The translations under genes and the position numbers were made by a program. 13,750 bases of DNA from Promethearchaeota archaeon (GTDB taxonomy: Archaea > Asgardarchaeota > Lokiarchaeia > Sigyniarchaeales > SOKP01): the NCBI GenBank assembly GCA_048938005.1, contig JBHLMQ010000031.1:22576-36325 (forward strand), in the 5' to 3' direction. Shown here in pieces: positions 7,761-13,750 of this stretch. Every line of letters begins with the position of its first letter. Position 1 is the stretch's first letter. The notes under the pieces were generated by a model that was given only the letters and a program-made list of their open reading frames with translations, did not search any database and was not told the origin of the DNA.

Positions 7761-8546
7761 ATGTCTATTGAAACATATTTTGTAGGAATTGATGTTGGAA
7801 CCTCATATGTCAAATCTGTAGTTGTAAATAGAAATAAAGAGATTATAAGCTCTTTTGTTAAACGCACCGGTACTTCTATTGAAGAATCAAGTAAAACGGC
7901 TTTTGAAAAAGTTATTTCAAACGCAGAGTTGTCTAGATCTGCTATAAAGCATATTACTGCAACAGGATATGGAAAAAACAAAGTAAATTTCTCTGATAGT
8001 AACAAAACCGAAATAAGTTGTCATGCAAAGGGTGCTTATCACTATTTTCCCAAAAAGATTACAATTATCGATATAGGGGGGCAAGATACTAAGGTCATTA
8101 AGCTTGATGAGAATGGAAAAATAGTTAGGTTTAAAATGAATAGAAAATGTGCTGCTGGAACAGGTGCATTTATTGAAGAGATTGCATATCGACTAGATAT
8201 TCCACTTAAAGAGTTGAATAGTTTAGCAACTAAATCTACCTCAAATGTGCCTCTTGCAAGCTTTTGCACTGTTTTTGCTAAAACAGAAATTCTTACCCGG
8301 ATTAAGGAGGGAGAAAAAGTTGAAGATTTGATAAAGAGTGCGTTTGGCTCTGTAATAAAGAGAGTAATTGAGATGACAGAATTAGAGGGGGCTATAGTCC
8401 TTACTGGGGGTGTTATAGCTTATAATGACATCATTGGGGAAATGCTAAAAAGAGAAATAAAAGCTGATATTTTGATTCCGCCTTACCCCCAATTAACAGG
8501 AGCGATAGGAGCAGCATTATTTGCTATAGAAAATTATGAACTATAG
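7761..8546 (+). CDS. Acyl-CoA dehydratase activase (HgdC/HadI/BcrAD-BadFG family ASKHA ATPase)
   Basis: GIDVGTSYVK, ATGYG, EISCHAKGA, IDIGGQDTK, MNRKCAAGTG, SFCTVFA, LTGG and GAIGAAL; both cluster-ligating Cys present. Confidence 0.92.
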   Translation: MSIETYFVGIDVGTSYVKSVVVNRNKEIISSFVKRTGTSIEESSKTAFEKVISNAELSRSAIKHITATGYGKNKVNFSDSNKTEISCHAKGAYHYFPKKITIIDIGGQDTKVIKLDENGKIVRFKMNRKCAAGTGAFIEEIAYRLDIPLKELNSLATKSTSNVPLASFCTVFAKTEILTRIKEGEKVEDLIKSAFGSVIKRVIEMTELEGAIVLTGGVIAYNDIIGEMLKREIKADILIPPYPQLTGAIGAALFAIENYEL

Positions 8547-8601
8547 AGAAATTGAAATTTTTTAAAAAAAAAGAAGAAATTTTTAAAATTCTCAAAAATT
8601 C

Positions 8602-9120
8602 TTAACTTATTATTTTACCGCGTTCTTTTCTTGCTTTCTTTGTAGTTTCATTTGTAATATAATATCCAATTAAATAAGCAATTAAAACAAGAACAAAAAG
8701 CACTATTGCTGAGAGATAAAACCATCGCGCTAATTGTACCATAAGATCCATTATTATCCACTTAAGCAACCATGTTGCCAATCCTCCAAGTATCACGAAG
8801 ATAATGTCAAAAAGTGCGTTTATAAAACTATCTTTCCTATTTTCGTATTTTAAACCTAACTTCCATAAAATTGTGTTTTCTATTAACTCCCATACTAAAG
8901 CAACGATAATAACAAAAATCAAAATATAATACCATAGCATCGCTGTCGGTCCTACAAAAAATTCCCAGAGAGTTATGATTAAAGAAAAAATTGAAAATGA
9001 TCCAATTCCAAAAGCTATATGCCCCCAACTGTAAAAATCCCAAGGAGAACGACCAACATAATCTTCTAAAAGTCCAATAAAAGGAACATAATGTTTTTTT
9101 TCAGATTCTTTTTCTGACAT
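8602..9120 (-). CDS. Integral membrane protein (~4 TM), DUF2585-like
   Basis: Four hydrophobic segments. The pattern D-x-Y-S-x-x-H...WE-x-x-EN...DS-x-x-N-x-x-x-D resembles DUF2585/UPF0314 (recalled, not searched). SD GAGGA precedes ATG 9120. Confidence 0.78.
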   Translation of the reverse strand: MSEKESEKKHYVPFIGLLEDYVGRSPWDFYSWGHIAFGIGSFSIFSLIITLWEFFVGPTAMLWYYILIFVIIVALVWELIENTILWKLGLKYENRKDSFINALFDIIFVILGGLATWLLKWIIMDLMVQLARWFYLSAIVLFVLVLIAYLIGYYITNETTKKARKERGKIIS

Positions 9121-9456
9121 ATTTTATCCTCTTTTTATAAATGTTTAAGAATGATTTTTATTTTCAAAATATTTTAATTAAGAAATAAATAGATTTCAGC
9201 AATTAATAATTAATCTTCTAATAGTTATGCTCGAATTATTGATTTATCTGAAATTCGATTAAAACCTACATGATATATTTCATATAGAAATTTAAAATAT
9301 TATTATAAAGGTAGTAATTGAGGATGCTAATAGAAGATCTTTACACATACACCCTAAATTTTAAAAATTTAACTATTTTGATTACTCTATTAAGACTTCA
9401 TTCTTATTAAGGAATTAATAAAATTTTAATTTGTATTTAGGTGTAACTTTTAGATC

Positions 9457-9519
9457 AAAAATATGGAAAAAAATTCGGATAATCTTTTTCATAAAAAACG
9501 ATTTTTTTTCCATATTTTT
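9457..9519. repeat. 21-bp inverted repeat (1 mismatch)
   Basis: AAAAATATGGAAAAAAATTCG (9457-9477) versus CGATTTTTTTTCCATATTTTT (9499-9519), with a 21-nt spacer. Confidence 0.7.
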
Positions 9520-9722
9520 CAAGAAAAATTTTTTTTTTAAATTAAATCTATGAACTCTTTTAGCTTTTATTTTTAAACTAAGGATGTTATAAAGAAATAT
9601 AAATAAAACAGTCTCATAATGGTATCATAACTATACAATTCACGTAATAATAGAACAGAGCGTTCATAAAATTGACCAAACATTAGAAACATTTATTAGG
9701 ATAGTTAACTAAATGCATATTA

Positions 9723-9802
9723 GTAGTGGAATGTTTTCTATTAGTCCATAATTTATTCCTCCACGAATAATAAAAAAGCATTCCATTACATTTTCTTTTT
9801 TT
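9723..9802 (+). ncRNA. Candidate hairpin small RNA
   Basis: 15-bp stem 9723-9737/9775-9789, fully paired on + with two G-U pairs; inner hairpin TTATTC-CTCCAC-GAATAA; TATA-like TTTATTA at 9692-9698; T tract at 9791-9802. Confidence 0.35.
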
Positions 9803-9899
9803 CGACTGATCATTAAAACTTCAATTTTTAATATATAATTAAATTAGTCTAAGGAAATTAATTCGTTCATTAGTAATGCAAAATAAGTAAATGTAGAAT

Positions 9900-11099
9900 C
9901 TATTCTTCTGATTTTATCTTTTGAATCTCGTTAATTAGAACAGGAATTATTTCATGGAGATCTCCGACTATACCATAATGAGCCCAATTAAATATTGGGG
10001 CATTTGGATCTTTATTTATCGCGACAATAATGTTAGAATTTTGCATACCTACAATATGCTGGATAGCCCCGCTAATACCGCAGGCTATATATAATTTTGG
10101 AGTCACAGTTTTCCCGGTTTGACCAATTTGCCTATCTGGTTCAAGCCAATTTAATTCAACAGTTATTCTTGATCCACCCAATTCTGCATCCAAAACATTT
10201 GCTAAATCTTTTATAATTTTAAAATTCTCTTTTGAACCAACACCACGTCCTCCCGCTACAATGATATCTGCATCTTCAAGGTTTACTGAAATTTTGTTTT
10301 TATTTATTACTTTCACTATCTTTGAAACAGAATCTTTCTCTTTGAATTTATAATCGATTTTTCTAATTTTAACATGTTTTTGTACTTTTTCAGGTATTTC
10401 AAAAATACCTGGTCTTACAGTTGCCATTTGTGGTCTGCTAGAAGGTGTTCTAATGGTTGCCATAATATTTCCACCAAAAGTTGGACGAGTTTGAAGTAGG
10501 TTTCTAGTCTCAAAATCTATATCTAATCCCGTACAATCTGCTGTTAAGCCCGCGTTGAGTCTTTTTGCCGCTCTGGGAGCAAAATCTCTTCCTGTAGGAG
10601 TAGCACCTATTAATATAATTTCAGGTTTGTTCTCTAACACTAATTCAGTAATTACTTTTACATATAGATCTGAATAATAATCCTTTAATATTGGTGATTT
10701 AACATAGATGATCTCATCCATCCCATATTGGCTAAATTCTTCTAGTTTCTCATCGAAATTAGCTCCTAGAATAACAAGTGTTAAATTAACTCTTAATAAA
10801 TCTGCTAATTCTCGCCCCTTTCCCAGTAGTTGGAATGCTACATTATGAATTTTATTCATGTAATGTTCTGCAATAACCCATACTCCTTTAAATTGAGAGA
10901 TATCCCTTTTTTGAGTTATAGTGAGCTCCTTTTCCAGTACAATTGCCTCTTCAGGGCACACTTCTACGCATGCCCCACATAGAGTACAATTTGGCAAAAT
11001 TCTCGCAATATTGTTCTTTAATTCAATGGCTCCATAGGGACAGCTCTCCATACAACTAGCGCAACCAGTACAAAGTTCATCATCAATTATAATGCTCAA
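9900..11099 (-). CDS. etfA: Electron transfer flavoprotein alpha subunit with N-terminal 2x[4Fe-4S] ferredoxin domain
   Basis: TTG start with SD GAGGA. Ferredoxin motifs CTGCASCMESCP and CTLCGACVEVCP; ETF motifs GLTADCT, RPTFGGN, AGGRG, QIGQTGKTV, GISGAIQH, AINKDPNAPIF. Confidence 0.95.
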   Translation of the reverse strand: MSIIIDDELCTGCASCMESCPYGAIELKNNIARILPNCTLCGACVEVCPEEAIVLEKELTITQKRDISQFKGVWVIAEHYMNKIHNVAFQLLGKGRELADLLRVNLTLVILGANFDEKLEEFSQYGMDEIIYVKSPILKDYYSDLYVKVITELVLENKPEIILIGATPTGRDFAPRAAKRLNAGLTADCTGLDIDFETRNLLQTRPTFGGNIMATIRTPSSRPQMATVRPGIFEIPEKVQKHVKIRKIDYKFKEKDSVSKIVKVINKNKISVNLEDADIIVAGGRGVGSKENFKIIKDLANVLDAELGGSRITVELNWLEPDRQIGQTGKTVTPKLYIACGISGAIQHIVGMQNSNIIVAINKDPNAPIFNWAHYGIVGDLHEIIPVLINEIQKIKSEE

Positions 11100-11112
11100 A
11101 TGAAAATTCCTC

Positions 11113-11919
11113 TTAAAAGATATTATCCTCTTTTAAATGTTGACATAACTTTTGAACAATTTCTTCAGTAGGACCTTCTAAAATAATATGCTCTCCCTTT
11201 CTTTTAGGAGTGAAAATTTTCCAAACTTCAGTCATAGAGCCATTTAACCCAATTTTAGACTTGTTCGCATTTAGAGTTTTGGAATCCAGAAATATAACAC
11301 TTGATTGGTCATGGGCTCTCATAATTCCAGCCATAGTGGGATATCTGGGCTTGTTTATATCGTTTAATACAGAAATTAATGCTGGTAATTGTGTTTCAAT
11401 AACAACAATTTCTATGGCTCTAAATTTTCTCTCTACGATAATTTTATCTTCCTTTAATTCTATATTCTGTACATACGTAATTTGTGGAATTCCTAATTCT
11501 TCAGCCAATTCTGGAGGTACTTGTCCTGTATCTCCATCTATAGCTTGAGCACCGCATATTATAAGATATTTTTTTTCAGATTTAGATTCTGATAATATTT
11601 TTTTAATTGCTAAAGCAAGAGTGTAAGATGTAGCTAAAGTATCTGCTCCTGCAAAAGCTCTATCAGTTAATAAGAATCCTTTATCTACACCCATTGCTAA
11701 AGCTTCACGTAATATTTCTTCTGCTTGAGGTGGTCCCATGCTTAAAGCTATAACTTCGGATCCATATTTTTCCTTTAGCATTAAAGCTAATTCAATAGCA
11801 TTTCGATCATTAGGATTAATTACTGATAAAACACCTTCTCTTACTAGCGTATTTGTGTTTGGATCAATTTTTACCTCTGAAACTCCTGGTACTTGTTTAA
11901 TACAAACGAAAATTTTCAA
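11113..11919 (-). CDS. etfB: Electron transfer flavoprotein beta subunit
   Basis: TTG start; VCIKQVP, INPND, SMGPPQA, FAGADTLATS, QAIDGDTGQV, PRYP; ends 13 nt upstream of etfA. Confidence 0.95.
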   Translation of the reverse strand: MKIFVCIKQVPGVSEVKIDPNTNTLVREGVLSVINPNDRNAIELALMLKEKYGSEVIALSMGPPQAEEILREALAMGVDKGFLLTDRAFAGADTLATSYTLALAIKKILSESKSEKKYLIICGAQAIDGDTGQVPPELAEELGIPQITYVQNIELKEDKIIVERKFRAIEIVVIETQLPALISVLNDINKPRYPTMAGIMRAHDQSSVIFLDSKTLNANKSKIGLNGSMTEVWKIFTPKRKGEHIILEGPTEEIVQKLCQHLKEDNIF

Positions 11920-12073
11920 TCCGAAATCACTACTTATTTAACTCAGGTTAAAAATTATGAAATTTTTTTTTGAAACGAATAAAAAATTCTAGCAAAATAA
12001 ATTTTCCGATATTGAAATAAAAAATTGAGAGAAAATTTAATCATTTGCTAATTACTAATAGATTTTTTATGAA

Positions 12074-13228
12074 TTACACTCCTTTTCTTAATAAATTACC
12101 CGCAATTACTAATCGTTGAATTTCACTCGTTCCCTCATAGATTTCACCCATCTTTGCGTCGCGAAAATATCTCTCTACGGGATATGCCTTCATTAAACCA
12201 TATCCTCCATGGATTTGAACAGCACCATGAGCAGCTTGCATTGCCGCCTCAGAAGCTACCAATTTTGCCATTGAACTAGCTAATCCAAATTCCATTCCAT
12301 TATCATGCAAATATGCAGCTTTATAAGTGAATAACCGACCTGCTTCTATAGCACACGCCATATCAGCAATCTTCCATTGTACCCCTTGGAATCGCCCTAT
12401 AGGTTTTCCGAACTGGACTCTTTCATTTGAATACTTTACAGAAGCTTCTAGGGCTGCTTGTCCTAAACCTACGCATTGAGCAGCAATTCCTATTCTACCG
12501 AAATCCAAGATTTTCATAGCCATCTTAAAACCTTCTCCAAAATTTCCTAAAATATTCTCTTGGGGCACTCGAACATCTTGGAATACAAGTTCTGAAGTAT
12601 TTGAAGCCCGGACACCTAATTTATCTTCTTTTACTCCAACAGAATAACCAGGAGTATCACCATCTACAATAAAAACTGTCATTTGTTTTCTGCTATCTTT
12701 TTCTCCTGTTTTTGCCACTACTAACAAAGTTTTAGCAATTCCCCCTGAAGTAGCAAAGATCTTTGTTCCATTTAAGATATATTCATTTCCATCTTCTACT
12801 GCTGTTAATTGAACTCCTCCCGCATCTGAGCCTGCATTTGGTTCAGTTAAACAAAAAGCCCCTATTTTTTTACCAGCCGCAAGATCAGGAAGAAACATTT
12901 GTTTTTGATCTTCAGTTCCATATTTATATATAGGGTAAGCCGCAACACCATTATGCACAGCAATAATAATTCCGCATGCTGCATCAGCACGACCAATTTC
13001 TTCAATTACAATACTAAAACCTATTGTGTCATTGTGAAGCCCAGCTCCTCCAAACTCTTCTGGAAGACAAGCTCCAAAATAATTCATTTCTCTCATCTTT
13101 TTGAATGCAGTTTCATCTAATTCTTGTTTCTCATCGCTTTCCTTTGCTACGGGTACAAGATATTCCTCTGCAAAATCTCTTGTAATTTTTTTTAACATTT
13201 TTTGCTTTTCATTTAAGGAAAAATCCAT
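12074..13228 (-). CDS. Acyl-CoA dehydrogenase (butyryl-/short-chain type)
   Basis: PEEFGGAG, AFCLTEPNAGSDA, LNGTKIF, KLGVRAS, GRIGIAAQ, RVQFGKPI, QIHGGYG and IYEGTSEIQR (catalytic Glu). ATG 13228 (MDFSLNE) is preferred over GTG 13240. Confidence 0.95.
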   Translation of the reverse strand: MDFSLNEKQKMLKKITRDFAEEYLVPVAKESDEKQELDETAFKKMREMNYFGACLPEEFGGAGLHNDTIGFSIVIEEIGRADAACGIIIAVHNGVAAYPIYKYGTEDQKQMFLPDLAAGKKIGAFCLTEPNAGSDAGGVQLTAVEDGNEYILNGTKIFATSGGIAKTLLVVAKTGEKDSRKQMTVFIVDGDTPGYSVGVKEDKLGVRASNTSELVFQDVRVPQENILGNFGEGFKMAMKILDFGRIGIAAQCVGLGQAALEASVKYSNERVQFGKPIGRFQGVQWKIADMACAIEAGRLFTYKAAYLHDNGMEFGLASSMAKLVASEAAMQAAHGAVQIHGGYGLMKAYPVERYFRDAKMGEIYEGTSEIQRLVIAGNLLRKGV

Positions 13229-13552
13229 AATAATCAACACAAATTTATACTTTCTTTTAAAATCCTTTTGATAAAATAATCTATTTTAAAAAACTAGTTA
13301 ATAATCATAATTATATTTTATTAAATTTTTATCGTAGTAAGAAAAAGGGTAATAAATAGTTAATATTTACACCTTAAAAAGGGATATTTTTTTACACAAT
13401 TTTTAAATATTTTAGAAATTAAACTATATATTAAATTAGTTAATTAAATAAATAAGTTTTTAAGCAAAATTAAAAACAGAAGAAATATTGTTTATTCTTG
13501 TTTTTAAAATTGTCTAATAAAAATTCATAACAATAAATGGAAAGAGATTTCA

Positions 13553-13750
13553 ATGGAAACTGAACAAGTTTTTTTAAAACTCTTTGGGAGAAATCTCATA
13601 AGTTATAAAAAGCTTGAGAACGGTCAAGTTGTAGGTTCAGGGATTCTCAATCCAATTCTTGATAGGTTAAGTATTTACCGACTAATTTTCATGATCCTCT
13701 TACAAGCCAATTTCTATAAAAATATGGAAGTTGGAAGATGGAAAGGAAAA
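13553..13750 (+). CDS. Hypothetical protein, N-terminal fragment (continues past the window)
   Basis: Open frame of 66 codons from ATG 13553 to the window end (METEQVFLKLFGRNLISYKKLENGQVVGSGILNPILDRLSIYRLIF...GRWKGK), with higher GC than the upstream intergenic DNA. Confidence 0.6.
   Translation, partial: METEQVFLKLFGRNLISYKKLENGQVVGSGILNPILDRLSIYRLIFMILLQANFYKNMEVGRWKGK

Noticed and set aside
8547-8601. A/T palindromes between the convergent activase and membrane genes
   Set aside because: Plausible terminator region, but low-complexity A/T runs give no specific support.

Overview
AT-rich archaeal-type window (GAGGT/GGAGG Shine-Dalgarno sites, TATA-like promoters); the composition and the surface-protein repeat style suggest an Asgard/Lokiarchaeia-like genome (inference). 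It opens with the 5' part of a large glycosylated surface protein with tandem ~97-aa FN3/Ig-like repeats (minus strand, absent from the ORF track). An anaerobic redox cluster follows: MoaD/SAMP sulfur carrier, a 4Fe-4S/CCG (HdrD/GlcF-like) protein, an unannotated 51-aa Cys4 microprotein, a tungsten aldehyde:ferredoxin oxidoreductase (AOR) with its 4x[4Fe-4S] subunit, a PanE-like reductase, an acyl-CoA dehydratase activase, a DUF2585-like membrane protein, and an acyl-CoA dehydrogenase-EtfB-EtfA(ferredoxin-fused) unit. A divergent ORF starts at the right edge. Most notable: the conserved AOR N-terminus has no ATG/GTG/TTG start (probable ATA start behind an in-frame amber-terminated leader ORF), the hidden Cys4 microprotein, and a candidate ~80-nt hairpin sRNA with an anti-SD-like loop.
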